From Thermoleophilaceae bacterium (GTDB lineage Bacteria > Actinomycetota > Thermoleophilia > Solirubrobacterales > Thermoleophilaceae), in NCBI GenBank assembly GCA_030447725.1, contig JAUJOQ010000007.1, forward strand, positions 42,870 through 106,869: 64,000 bases of DNA, written 5' to 3'. The stretch's first letter is position 1; every line of letters begins with the position of its first letter. Both the position numbers and the translations under genes were made by a program. Positions 18,171 through 29,988 of the stretch are shown here, piece after piece. Under the pieces are notes generated by a model, which saw only the letters and a list, made by a program, of their open reading frames with translations, was not told where the DNA came from and did not search any database.

Positions 18171-20390
18171 TCAGCTCAGGGCCCGCTCGACCTGCCGTGT
18201 CTCGTAGAGCTCGAGCACATCCCCTTCCTTCACATCGGGGAAGTTCTGGAGGACGATGCCGCACTCCATGCCCTGGGTGACCTCTCGGACGTCGTCCTTG
18301 AAGCGGCGCAGCGAGTCGATGCGGCCGTCGTAGACGATCGTGCCGTCGCGAACCAGGCGCACGGCGGCGCCGCGGGTGACGGTGCCGTCGGTGACCATCG
18401 AGCCGGCGATCGTCCCGACCTTCGAGGCCTTGAAGATCTCGCGCACCTCGACGGTGCCCACGCTGCTCTCAACATCCTCGGGCTTGAGCAGCCCTTCCAT
18501 CGCCGAGCGCAGCTCCTCGATCACCTTGTAGATCACGGAGTAGGTGCGGATCTCGACGCCCTCGCGGTCGGCTACCTGACGGGCCTCGCCCACGGGGCGT
18601 ACGTTGAAGCCGATCACGATCGCCTCGGAGGCCGAGGCCAGCATCACATCGGACTCGTTGATGCCGCCCACCGCGTCGTGGATCAGGTTCACCCTCACCT
18701 GCTCCTGGGGCAGCTTGGCGATCTCGTCGGCCAGCGCCTCCAGCGACCCGGCGACGTCAGCCTTCACGAGCAGGTTGAGCTCGGCGGACTCGCCCTTCTG
18801 GGCGCGCGCCATCACGTCCTCGAGGGAGACCCTCACGCCGGCACGGCGCGCAAGCGCCTCGGTCTTGAGGCGGTTGGCCCGCTCGCCGGCGAGGCGGCGC
18901 GCCTCGCGCTCGTTGGCGACCACCCGGAAGTGCTCGCCGGCTTCCGGGACGCCGTCGAAGCCCAGCACCTCGACCGGTGTGCCGGGGGTGGCCTTCTTGA
19001 CCTTCTCGCCGCGATAGTCGTGCATTGCGCGAGCGCGGCCGGGATGAGCGCCGGCCACGATCGCGTCGCCCACCTGCAGCGTCCCACGCCCGATGAGCAG
19101 GCTGACCACTGGCCCGCGGCCAGGATCCAGACGCGACTCGATCACCGTTCCGGAAGCCTCGGCACCCGGGTTGGCACGCAGCTCCTGGATCTCCGCAAGG
19201 GTGATCACCGTCTCGAGCAGCTCATCGAGGTTCTCGTGGGTCTTGGCCGAGACGTCGACGAACTCCGTGTCCCCGCCCCAATCGGCCGGGGTGAGGCCCC
19301 GCTCGGCCAGCTCGCCGCGGACGCGGTTGGGATCTGCGCCCTCCCTGTCGATCTTGTTGACCGCGACCATGATCGGCACCTCGGCCGCCTTGGCGTGGTC
19401 GATCGCCTCCACCGTCTGCGGCATGACGCCGTCGTCGGCGGCTACGACGACCACCGCGATGTCGGCCACCTGGCCACCCCGGGCGCGCATGGCGGTGAAC
19501 GCCTCGTGCCCCGGCGTGTCGAGGAACGTGATCGTGCCCTCGCCGTGGTGCACCTGGTAGGCGCCGATGTGCTGGGTGATGCCGCCGGCCTCTCCCGCGG
19601 CCACCTCGGTCTCGCGAACGGCGTCCAGCAGCGACGTCTTGCCGTGGTCGACGTGTCCCATCACGGCCACCACCGGGGGACGCCCGGCGAGATCCCCGGC
19701 GGCGTCCTCGTAGACGGGCTCATCGGCCACCTCATCGGCGGCATGCTGGATCTCGACCTTGCGGTCGAACCCGTCGGCGAGCACCTCGATCGCGTCGTCG
19801 GTGAGCGTCTGGGTAAGAGTCGCCATCTCCCCGAGCTCCATCAGCTTCTTGATCACCTCACCGGCGGAGAGGCCCAGCGATTCGGCCACCTCCTTGACGG
19901 TCGCACCCGACTGGATCTGGGTGACTTGGATCTCCTGCGGCTTCTCGGGCTGAGCGGTGAGGTCGGGCTCTACCCACGGCGTGCGCCGACGGCGTCCGCG
20001 GCGGCGCGGCGGGGTCTGCTGCTGAGGCGGCGGGCCCGGGGCCCTGCGCGAGGCCTGCGAGTCGATCACCACACGTCGGCGCCGTCCTGCGGCGGCGCCC
20101 GCGCCCGCGCCGGGCGCCTGCTCGGCCGGCCTGCCCGTGCGCGCGGGACGGGCGCGCTCCTGCGAGCCGTCGCCGCCGTTTGCCGCGGTGTCCGCGGCCG
20201 TCGGCGCGTCGGCACCGGCGCCGTTGCTCGCTTCCTGGGCGCTCGGGTTGAAGGCGCGTGCGATGTCGTTCTCGTCGACGCTGGAGGCTGCCGCCTTCAC
20301 GTCGAGCCCGGCGGACTGAAGCACGGCGAGGACCTCCTTGCTGGAGATCCCCCGTTCCTTCGCTATTTCGTGAACCCTTTTCTTGGCCAT
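18171..20390 (-). CDS. infB: Translation initiation factor IF-2
   Basis: 739 aa; GTPase motifs VAVMGHVDHGKTSLLD, DTPGH and NKID; basic/Pro-rich N-terminal region. Confidence 0.97.
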   Translation of the reverse strand: MAKKRVHEIAKERGISSKEVLAVLQSAGLDVKAAASSVDENDIARAFNPSAQEASNGAGADAPTAADTAANGGDGSQERARPARTGRPAEQAPGAGAGAAAGRRRRVVIDSQASRRAPGPPPQQQTPPRRRGRRRRTPWVEPDLTAQPEKPQEIQVTQIQSGATVKEVAESLGLSAGEVIKKLMELGEMATLTQTLTDDAIEVLADGFDRKVEIQHAADEVADEPVYEDAAGDLAGRPPVVAVMGHVDHGKTSLLDAVRETEVAAGEAGGITQHIGAYQVHHGEGTITFLDTPGHEAFTAMRARGGQVADIAVVVVAADDGVMPQTVEAIDHAKAAEVPIMVAVNKIDREGADPNRVRGELAERGLTPADWGGDTEFVDVSAKTHENLDELLETVITLAEIQELRANPGAEASGTVIESRLDPGRGPVVSLLIGRGTLQVGDAIVAGAHPGRARAMHDYRGEKVKKATPGTPVEVLGFDGVPEAGEHFRVVANEREARRLAGERANRLKTEALARRAGVRVSLEDVMARAQKGESAELNLLVKADVAGSLEALADEIAKLPQEQVRVNLIHDAVGGINESDVMLASASEAIVIGFNVRPVGEARQVADREGVEIRTYSVIYKVIEELRSAMEGLLKPEDVESSVGTVEVREIFKASKVGTIAGSMVTDGTVTRGAAVRLVRDGTIVYDGRIDSLRRFKDDVREVTQGMECGIVLQNFPDVKEGDVLELYETRQVERALS

Positions 20391-20398
20391 CTCTCTCT

Positions 20399-20632
20399 TC
20401 AGTCTAGATCGTCTCCGTCAACCATCACAGGAGCGCGAAACGATCGAGCGAAGGCCCGCCCGTCCGCCGCCCTGCTTCTGCACTCCGGGGCGGCACACAG
20501 GTAGGCGCCCCGGCCCTCTGCCCGACCGTCGGGGTCGCGCTCCACCCTGCCCTGCGCGTCCCGCACGAAGCGCGTGAGCCGGTCGCGCGGAAAGCTGCCC
20601 CCGCAGGCTACGCAGCGCCGCTCGGGGGCTAC
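20399..20632 (-). CDS. ylxR: YlxR/DUF448 RNA-binding protein (start codon unresolved)
   Basis: ERRCVACGG...RLTRFV...DPDGRAEGRGAYLC...C matches the DUF448 pattern between nusA and infB. There is no ATG/GTG/TTG within 100 codons upstream of the motif. The 5' end is placed at GTA 20632, after a GGAGGAGG SD (see findings). Confidence 0.65.
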   Translation of the reverse strand, partial: VAPERRCVACGGSFPRDRLTRFVRDAQGRVERDPDGRAEGRGAYLCAAPECRSRAADGRAFARSFRAPVMVDGDDLD

Positions 20633-21996
20633 GCCTGTTCCTCCTCCGCGTCGCTGGGCGGCTCGTCGCTGGGCGCCGTCTCGGCGGCCACTTCCGGAAC
20701 GTCGGGGGCCCCGCCATCGCCGTCGCCGTCGGCACCGGGAGCCAGCTCGTCGCCCTCCTGGTTCTCGAGAGCCTGGTGAGCGGGCAGACCGCAATAGCGC
20801 GAAGCCGGAAGCGAGGCGTTCGGACAGCGCTTGCCGTTGGCCAGTATCGCGGCGCAGCGCCCGGCCACCTCCTCCTCCTCGTAGCCCATCTCCGCCTCTT
20901 CGGCGGCAAACTCGGTCTCCGAGCGGATGTCCACCCGCCACCCGGTGAGCCGCGCTGCCAGCCGGGCGTTCAGCCCGTCCTTGCCGATCGCCAGCGACAG
21001 CTGGTCGTCGGGGACGATCACGGTGGCCTGGCGGCCGTCGTCGTCCACGAGCACCTCGCGCACGCGCGCGGGCGAAAGCGCCTTGGCCACGAACCGGGCG
21101 GGCTCTTCGTTGTAGGGGATGATGTCGATCTTCTCGCCGCGCAACTCGGACACGACCATCCTCACGCGCGAGCCGCGCGGGCCGACACAGGCGCCGACGG
21201 GATCGACGCCCGAGGTGTGCGACACGACGGCGATCTTCGAGCGGTAGCCGGGCTCTCGCGCCACGTTCTGGATCTCGACGAGCCCGTCGGCAATCTCGGG
21301 GACCTCGAGCTCGAACAGCGCGCGGATCAGCTCGGGTGACCTGCGCGAGACGATGATGCTCGGGCCCTTGGACTCCGACGAGACGTCGGTGATGATCGCC
21401 TTGACCCGTGCGCCGTGGTCGTAGCGCTCGCCGCCCACCTGCTCGGAGCGCGGCAGCAGCGCCTCCACGCGCTCGCGCAGCTGCACCAGGGTGTAGCGCG
21501 AGTCGGACTGCTGGACGATGCCGGTGATCAGCTCGCCCACCCGGTCCTGATACTCGTCGAACATCATGTCGCGCTCCGCCTCGCGGATCCGCTGGAGGAT
21601 CACCTGCTTGGCCGTCTGGGCGGCGATGCGGCCGAAGTCCTCCGGCGTCACGTCGCGCTCGTCGATCTGGTCCTTGTACTCGGCGAGGGTCTCCTGGTCG
21701 AGCTCGGGCTCCTCGGGCTCGCGCAGCTCGCCCGTCTCAGGGTCGATCGTCAACTCCTCCTGCTGCTCCTCGGCCTCGGCCAGCAGCCTCTCCTCGAGCT
21801 CGGCGGGGAGGATCAGCTCGAAGACGGTGAAGTCGCCCGTGAGGTGGTCGATGTCCACGCGTGCGTACTTGGCCGAGCCGGGGCTCTTCTTGTAGGCCGA
21901 CAGCAGGGCGTCCTCCAGGGCGTCCATGAGGGTGTCGGCGGAGATGCCCTTCTCCTGCTCGAGCACGTGGATCGCGTCGACGATCTCCTTGCTCAC
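20629..21996 (-). CDS. nusA: Transcription termination/antitermination factor NusA with acidic Cys-containing C-terminal extension
   Basis: GTG at 21996 preceded by [30 protein letters not shown]-terminus, then S1 and two KH domains. The start overlaps the rimP stop (GTGA). Confidence 0.95.
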   Translation of the reverse strand: MSKEIVDAIHVLEQEKGISADTLMDALEDALLSAYKKSPGSAKYARVDIDHLTGDFTVFELILPAELEERLLAEAEEQQEELTIDPETGELREPEEPELDQETLAEYKDQIDERDVTPEDFGRIAAQTAKQVILQRIREAERDMMFDEYQDRVGELITGIVQQSDSRYTLVQLRERVEALLPRSEQVGGERYDHGARVKAIITDVSSESKGPSIIVSRRSPELIRALFELEVPEIADGLVEIQNVAREPGYRSKIAVVSHTSGVDPVGACVGPRGSRVRMVVSELRGEKIDIIPYNEEPARFVAKALSPARVREVLVDDDGRQATVIVPDDQLSLAIGKDGLNARLAARLTGWRVDIRSETEFAAEEAEMGYEEEEVAGRCAAILANGKRCPNASLPASRYCGLPAHQALENQEGDELAPGADGDGDGGAPDVPEVAAETAPSDEPPSDAEEEQA

Positions 21997-22469
21997 CTCT
22001 TCCCTCCCTCGCCCGCCACCAGATTGCCGCGGTGTATCTCGCTGTACGGAATGGAGACCACCCCCCACTGCGGGGTGACCCCTTCGGGCCCACCCCTCGT
22101 GAGGACCGCCACCGTGACCTCGTCTTCCGAGGCCCCCACCAGCTCGCCCGTGAAGCTGCGGTGCCCGTCGCGCGGCTGCCGGGTCCGAACGCGAGCCTGC
22201 CTGCCGAGATAGCGCCGGAAGTGGTCGGGCTTGGTGAGCGGGCGCTCCGGCCCCGGTGAGGAGACCTCGAGCGCGTACTCGGCCCTCAGGTCGGGGAGCG
22301 CCTTCGTAACCCGCTCGCAGAGTGCGAGGTCGACACCGTCGGGATGGTCGATGGTGAGGCGCAGCCGCCCTGCGGCCACCGGCTCGCACGCCAGAAGCTC
22401 GACGTCGGGTAGCGCCACCGCGAGGCGGCGCTCGATGTCGGTCTGGAGGTGATCTGTGGATTCGGTCAT
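21993..22469 (-). CDS. rimP: Ribosome maturation factor RimP
   Basis: ATG at 22469 (MTESTDHLQTDIERRL...). The longer GTG-initiated ORF to 22502 would read through the terminator hairpin. Confidence 0.88.
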   Translation of the reverse strand: MTESTDHLQTDIERRLAVALPDVELLACEPVAAGRLRLTIDHPDGVDLALCERVTKALPDLRAEYALEVSSPGPERPLTKPDHFRRYLGRQARVRTRQPRDGHRSFTGELVGASEDEVTVAVLTRGGPEGVTPQWGVVSIPYSEIHRGNLVAGEGGKR

Positions 22470-22475
22470 ATGGCG

Positions 22476-22503
22476 AAAAAAAAGGTGGGCTGCGAAGCCC
22501 ACC
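22476..22503 (-). terminator. Rho-independent terminator downstream of dtd, abutting the rimP start
   Basis: Minus strand reads GGTGGGC-TTCGCA-GCCCACC followed by T8: a 7-bp GC-rich stem, 6-nt loop and perfect U-tract. Confidence 0.8.
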
Positions 22504-22570
22504 TTCAGGCGCGGCCGGGGCCGCGGTGCTGCGCTGAAAGTCCTAGCGCGGGTCAGTATAGACGCGGATC

Positions 22571-22993
22571 TCAGGTCTCGACCAGCAGCGTGACCGGTCC
22601 GTCGTTGACCAGCCGAACCCCCATATGCGCCCCGAACCGGCCACCCTGCGCGCCCAGGGCCTGCCGCACCCGCTCGTACAGCGGCTGTGCCTGGTCGGGC
22701 GGCGCGGCCTCGACGAAGCTGGGGCGAGCTCCCTTTCGGGTGTCGCCGTAGAGGGTGAACTGGCTCACGCAGAGAGTCTCCCCCTCGACGTCGGCCAGTG
22801 AGCGGTTCATACGCCCGTTGGCATCCTCGAAGATCCGCAGGGCCAGGAGCTTGCGCGTCATCCGGTCGGCCTCCTCTGCCCGGTCGGTGGCGCGCACGCC
22901 GAGCAGCACCAGCAGGCCGGGGCCGATGGCCGCGATCCGCTCCCCGTCCACCTCCACCGACGCTTCGCTCACCCGCTGCACGATCGCCCTCAC
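22571..22993 (-). CDS. dtd: D-aminoacyl-tRNA deacylase
   Basis: GTG start at 22993 (or 22999). (V)RAIVQRV...[10 protein letters not shown]...SQFTLYGD...G.RPSF, canonical Dtd. Confidence 0.9.
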   Translation of the reverse strand: MRAIVQRVSEASVEVDGERIAAIGPGLLVLLGVRATDRAEEADRMTRKLLALRIFEDANGRMNRSLADVEGETLCVSQFTLYGDTRKGARPSFVEAAPPDQAQPLYERVRQALGAQGGRFGAHMGVRLVNDGPVTLLVET

Positions 22994-23026
22994 CGCCACG
23001 ACCGTACCCTGTCGAACCTGGCCGCC

Positions 23027-23482
23027 GTGGACGTGATCGACGACTTCATCGAGGCTCTGCCGGGGGACACCCGGCGGCTGGCCCACGGTGAATGGGGCGT
23101 GAGAGTGGCACCCGAGCAGGCTGCGGGATGGCCCCTCGACGTGGGGCTGCGGCTGGCGGACGGCATCTTGCGGGTGCAGGCCCACGCCCTCGACTCCTCC
23201 GCCGGCGTCGACCCCTGGATGCTCCTGTGGTGGAACCGCCAGACGCGCTACGCGCGCTTCGCGTGCACGCGGGAGAGTGATACGAACGATTCGGCATCCA
23301 TGCCAAATCATTCCCGGGAGGTATGGGTGCACGGCGACCTCCCGGTCGCAGCGGTCGACGAGGTGGGGCTGGATCGGCTGCTCGGCCTTGTGGTCGAGGG
23401 AGCGGTGGCGGTGCGCGAGTATCAGCAGGCGCGGCTGACGCCGACCGACGGCGCCGCCGGGGGTGGGTGGCTGCGCGGCTGA
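23027..23482 (+). CDS. YbjN-like (putative sensory-transduction/chaperone-fold) protein
   Basis: 151 aa, GTG start. The family assignment rests on general resemblance only. Contains palindromic-element copy 2, encoding DSASMPNHS. Confidence 0.45.
   Translation: MDVIDDFIEALPGDTRRLAHGEWGVRVAPEQAAGWPLDVGLRLADGILRVQAHALDSSAGVDPWMLLWWNRQTRYARFACTRESDTNDSASMPNHSREVWVHGDLPVAAVDEVGLDRLLGLVVEGAVAVREYQQARLTPTDGAAGGGWLRG
23283..23313. repeat. Palindromic mini-element, copy 2 (in the YbjN-like gene)
   Basis: CGAACGATTCGGCAT-CC-ATGCCAAATCATTC. Same core as copy 1, in reverse-complement orientation. Confidence 0.8.
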
Positions 23483-23483
23483 G

Positions 23484-23876
23484 TCAGGCGCCGCGCAGAC
23501 GATCGCGAAGGGCCCGGTAATCGGCCCGGTCCGGCCTCATGCCGACCGCCAGCCCGGCGTGGTGGCGCGCCTCTCGCAGGCGGCCTGTCTTCACCAGCGC
23601 CTTGCCCAGACAGAAGTGGGCGAAGTCGTTGACGGGCGCGCGCTCCACCACCGCGGCGAACTCGTCACGCGCCATCTCGAAGCGCCCGGAGCGGAAGTAG
23701 GCCCGCCCGAGGGCCTCCCGGATCGAGGTCTTGTCGGGCTCGAGGCGGCGGGCCTGCTCCAGAGGTATGGCCGCGGCGGCGAAGTCTCCCGCCTCGAGCA
23801 GCGCGCTGCCACGGCGGTAGAGGTCATACACCATCTCGCCATGCTCCTCGGGAGTTGGTTCGGGACGCTCGCTCAC
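23484..23876 (-). CDS. Tetratricopeptide-repeat protein
   Basis: 130 aa with three TPR-like helical hairpins ([17 protein letters not shown]..., [17 protein letters not shown]..., [13 protein letters not shown]). GTGA overlap with the coaBC stop. Confidence 0.75.
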   Translation of the reverse strand: MSERPEPTPEEHGEMVYDLYRRGSALLEAGDFAAAAIPLEQARRLEPDKTSIREALGRAYFRSGRFEMARDEFAAVVERAPVNDFAHFCLGKALVKTGRLREARHHAGLAVGMRPDRADYRALRDRLRGA

Positions 23877-25144
23877 TCGCGGGCCACCCTCTGGACCCTG
23901 AGTGCCTCCACGCAGTCGAGGACGGCCGCTGCCACAGCGGCCTTGGGGGCGAGCGGCACGGGCTTCTCGCCGGCCGCCGTGATGATCGTCACCTCGTTGT
24001 CCTCGGTGTCGAAGCCGATGTCCGCGCGCGAGATGTCGTTGAGCACCACGGCATCCAGACCCTTGCTCTCCAGCTTGGCACGCGCGCGCGCGAGACCGTG
24101 GGCGCCATGTTCGGCCGCGAATCCGACCAGGGTCTGCCCGGGGTGGCGTGCCTGGGAGAGCGCTTCGAGCACGTCGGTCGTGGGCTTCAGCGCCAGTGTC
24201 AGCTCAACGCGACCGGACTTCTTGATCTTGGTCTCCTGGGCCTGCGCCGGGCGGAAGTCCGCGACCGCAGCGGCCATCAGCAGCACGTCGGCCTCGGGAA
24301 ACTCTGCCTCGGCGGCGCGGTGAAGCTCGGCGGCGGTCTGTACAGCCACCACCCGCACCCCCTCGGGCGCCGCGCGGGACAGGTTGGCCGCGATCAGCGC
24401 GACCTCGGCCCCCCGGTGCGCGGCCTCAGCAGCCAAGGCCACGCCCATGCGCCCGGACGATCGGTTGCCCACGTAGCGCACCGAGTCGATCGGCTCCCGC
24501 GTACCACCGGCGGTAACGAGCACCCGCAGGCCGTCGAGCGAACGGGGGCTGAAGCCAGCGGAGGGGCCAGCCCCGGCCAGCACCCGCTCAACCTCTGCGA
24601 GTACCTCAGTCGGCTCGGCCAGCCTCCCGGCCCCCCACTCCCCCTTCGAGGCGAGAGAACCGGTGCCGGGCTCGATGATCGTGGCTCCGCGCAGACGCAG
24701 CGTCTCGACGTTGCTGCGCGTGGCCGGGTGCTCCCACATGTGGTTGTTCATGGCGGGCGCCACGAGCAGCGGCGCGGTGCACGCAAGGGCGGCGCTCGTG
24801 AGCAGGTTGTCGGCCTGGCCCGTGGCCAGTTTGGCGATCGTGTTGGCCGACGCCGGCGCAACCAGGTAGGCGTCCGCGCGGCGCACCAGCTCGAGGTGCG
24901 AGATCGCGCCATAGTCCGGCGGGGGGTCGCCCGGAAAGGCGCCATCGGCCGGATCGCGGTCGAACTCGTCGACCAGCACGGAGGCGCCCGTGACTGCCTC
25001 GAAGGTGGCCTTGCCCACGAACCTCAGGCTGGAGGCCGTCTGCACCACGCGCACGGAGTGCCCCGCCGCGGTCGCGAGGCGGACTATCTCAACGGCCTTG
25101 TATGCGGCGATGCCGCCGGTGACGCCGATCAGCAGGCGCGCCAC
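23873..25144 (-). CDS. coaBC: Bifunctional phosphopantothenoylcysteine decarboxylase/phosphopantothenate-cysteine ligase
   Basis: 423 aa; LIGVTGGIAAYKA flavoprotein N-terminus, PAMN, and the CoaB domain (TAGGTREPID.VR...N.SSG.MG). Confidence 0.95.
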   Translation of the reverse strand: MARLLIGVTGGIAAYKAVEIVRLATAAGHSVRVVQTASSLRFVGKATFEAVTGASVLVDEFDRDPADGAFPGDPPPDYGAISHLELVRRADAYLVAPASANTIAKLATGQADNLLTSAALACTAPLLVAPAMNNHMWEHPATRSNVETLRLRGATIIEPGTGSLASKGEWGAGRLAEPTEVLAEVERVLAGAGPSAGFSPRSLDGLRVLVTAGGTREPIDSVRYVGNRSSGRMGVALAAEAAHRGAEVALIAANLSRAAPEGVRVVAVQTAAELHRAAEAEFPEADVLLMAAAVADFRPAQAQETKIKKSGRVELTLALKPTTDVLEALSQARHPGQTLVGFAAEHGAHGLARARAKLESKGLDAVVLNDISRADIGFDTEDNEVTIITAAGEKPVPLAPKAAVAAAVLDCVEALRVQRVARE

Positions 25145-25158
25145 GGAGCCTCCTCAGG

Positions 25159-25416
25159 CTAGTCGCGATACGAGTACTTGATCTTGCCCTCGGCAACCTC
25201 GTCGAGGGCAATCTTGAGGTAGTTCTTGGATCCTGTCTCCACCATCGGCGGCGGGTACTCGTCGAATGTCCCCTCGCCGAGGTTGTGGTAGTAGGAGTTG
25301 ATCTGGCGAGCGCGCTTGGCGGCGACGAGAACGCACGCGTAGTGCGAGTCGACTTGCTCGAGCAGCGTGTCCAGGCGGGGCTTGATCAAGGTACGTCCCT
25401 GCTGTCGGGGCCACAC
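25159..25416 (-). CDS. rpoZ: DNA-directed RNA polymerase subunit omega
   Basis: LLEQVDSHYACVLVAAKRARQI motif. A TTG at 25389 that forms a TTGA overlap with the gmk stop is a plausible alternative start. Confidence 0.85.
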   Translation of the reverse strand: MWPRQQGRTLIKPRLDTLLEQVDSHYACVLVAAKRARQINSYYHNLGEGTFDEYPPPMVETGSKNYLKIALDEVAEGKIKYSYRD

Positions 25417-26024
25417 ATCGTAGCGGCGAGCTCGACCAGTTCCTCGAGCGCGGCACCCAGATCGTCGTTCACCACGACCTTCGAGAACTCCTCCTGGGCT
25501 GCCAGCTCGGTGGGCGCCGCGTCGAGGCGCCGGGCGATCTGGTCGGGGGAATCGGAGGCGCGTCCCCGCAGTCGGGCCCCGAGATCCTCCACGGACGGGG
25601 GCGCAATGAACACCTGGGTGGCGTCCGGGAGCGTCTCGCGCACCTGGCGCGCGCCTTGGAGGTCGATCTCGAGCACGATGCCCTGCGCCGGGCGCTCGAG
25701 CTCGGAGCGCAGCGTGCCGTAGCGATTGCCGGCGTACTCGGCATGCTCGACGAACTCCTCCCGCTCGACGCGCTCGGCGAACTGCCTGTCTGTCAGGAAG
25801 TGGTAGTCGCGCCCGTTGACCTCCCCCTCACGCGGCGCGCGCGTGGTGGCTGACACCGAAAGCTGTACACCCGGGCAGCGTTCCAGCAGGCCCTGTATCA
25901 GCGTGCCCTTGCCCACGCCCGAAGGCCCGGTGATCACGATGACGGGCGTGGCCGGCAGGATCGTTGCGGCGCTAGCGCCTGAGGTACGAGACGAGCTCTT
26001 TTCGCTGCCGTTCGGAGAGCCCAC
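25386..26024 (-). CDS. gmk: Guanylate kinase
   Basis: ITGPSGVGKGT P-loop and SATTRAPREGE..G.DYHF. The ATG start at 26024 overlaps the mihF 3' end by 53 nt, so the start is uncertain. Confidence 0.92.
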   Translation of the reverse strand: MGSPNGSEKSSSRTSGASAATILPATPVIVITGPSGVGKGTLIQGLLERCPGVQLSVSATTRAPREGEVNGRDYHFLTDRQFAERVEREEFVEHAEYAGNRYGTLRSELERPAQGIVLEIDLQGARQVRETLPDATQVFIAPPSVEDLGARLRGRASDSPDQIARRLDAAPTELAAQEEFSKVVVNDDLGAALEELVELAATMCGPDSRDVP

Positions 26025-26322
26025 CGATGGTCTTGCTCGGCGAGATCCGGCAGTGGGTGAGAACGCGGTTGACCTTCACACGGCCGTACTTGGGGACCGC
26101 CAGGAGGAGATCGAAGACCTTGGCCGTCTCCAGCCACTTAGGCGGATCCAGCAGCAGATTGTGGATCTTTGCGCGGCCCGCCTTGAGGTCGCGCTTGAGC
26201 CCCGCGCGGCGCGAGCGGATCTCGTTCGCGCGCCCCAGAGCGTCCATCCGCTGGGTAATCGAGCGCTCGGGAGTGAGGCCCGAGGGGACGCTCTTCGCGG
26301 GCGTTTGGGGAGCGACCGGCAT
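25972..26322 (-). CDS. mihF: Actinobacterial integration host factor mIHF
   Basis: ATG at 26322. ...RANEIRSRRAGLKRDLKAG...V.DLL.A.PKYGRVKV......ISPSKTIGGL...QR..L, the MihF signature. Confidence 0.85.
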   Translation of the reverse strand: MPVAPQTPAKSVPSGLTPERSITQRMDALGRANEIRSRRAGLKRDLKAGRAKIHNLLLDPPKWLETAKVFDLLLAVPKYGRVKVNRVLTHCRISPSKTIGGLSERQRKELVSYLRR

Positions 26323-26688
26323 CGGGCGATCATACACACGGAGGGTGGCTCGTTTACGTCGATTCCACAAAAAGGAAGTGAATTCAGCTGAACCTCGACC
26401 TGAGCTTTAGTGCGGTTGACGGCGCATGACCGTTTAGCCGCGGTTTGCAGGCTTTTTGACGCGAGCTGCCACTAAGCCCGCAAACAGCGCGATGTCATGC
26501 TGGCGCATCAGCGGACGGTGGCCGGCCCTGTCCCCGATCGGGGGCGAGGGCTCCCCCTTCGGTAGCGGCGCCGGCCGGTGGGGGTCGCCGGCGTCTAAGG
26601 CCCTGAGCAGCGTGTAAGGCGCTCACCCGGCGGCTCGAGCACCTCGGCGTATCGGCATTCAGGAGCCGCGAGGGTGCGCGCCCCCCGG

Positions 26689-29880
<3,192 letters not shown>

Positions 29881-29988
29881 CTGGAGCGGAGTCGGGGGCG
29901 CAAAAACCGAGTCGGCCAAGGAAGCAGGGAGCGACGCGTGCCCTCCACGCCAGCGACCGATGACGTCGGCAGACGACGGTTTGCAGCG

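Noticed and set aside
22470-22502. Longer rimP ORF starting at GTG 22502 (MGFAAHLFFRH...).
   Set aside because: These codons are the terminator hairpin and its U-tract (the FF comes from T8). The RimP homology begins at MTESTD.
25958-26024. gmk as a further example of non-canonical initiation (ATC/CTG just after the mihF stop).
   Set aside because: A canonical in-frame ATG exists at 26024. The 53-nt overlap with mihF is plausible for this genome, so no non-standard start needs to be invoked.
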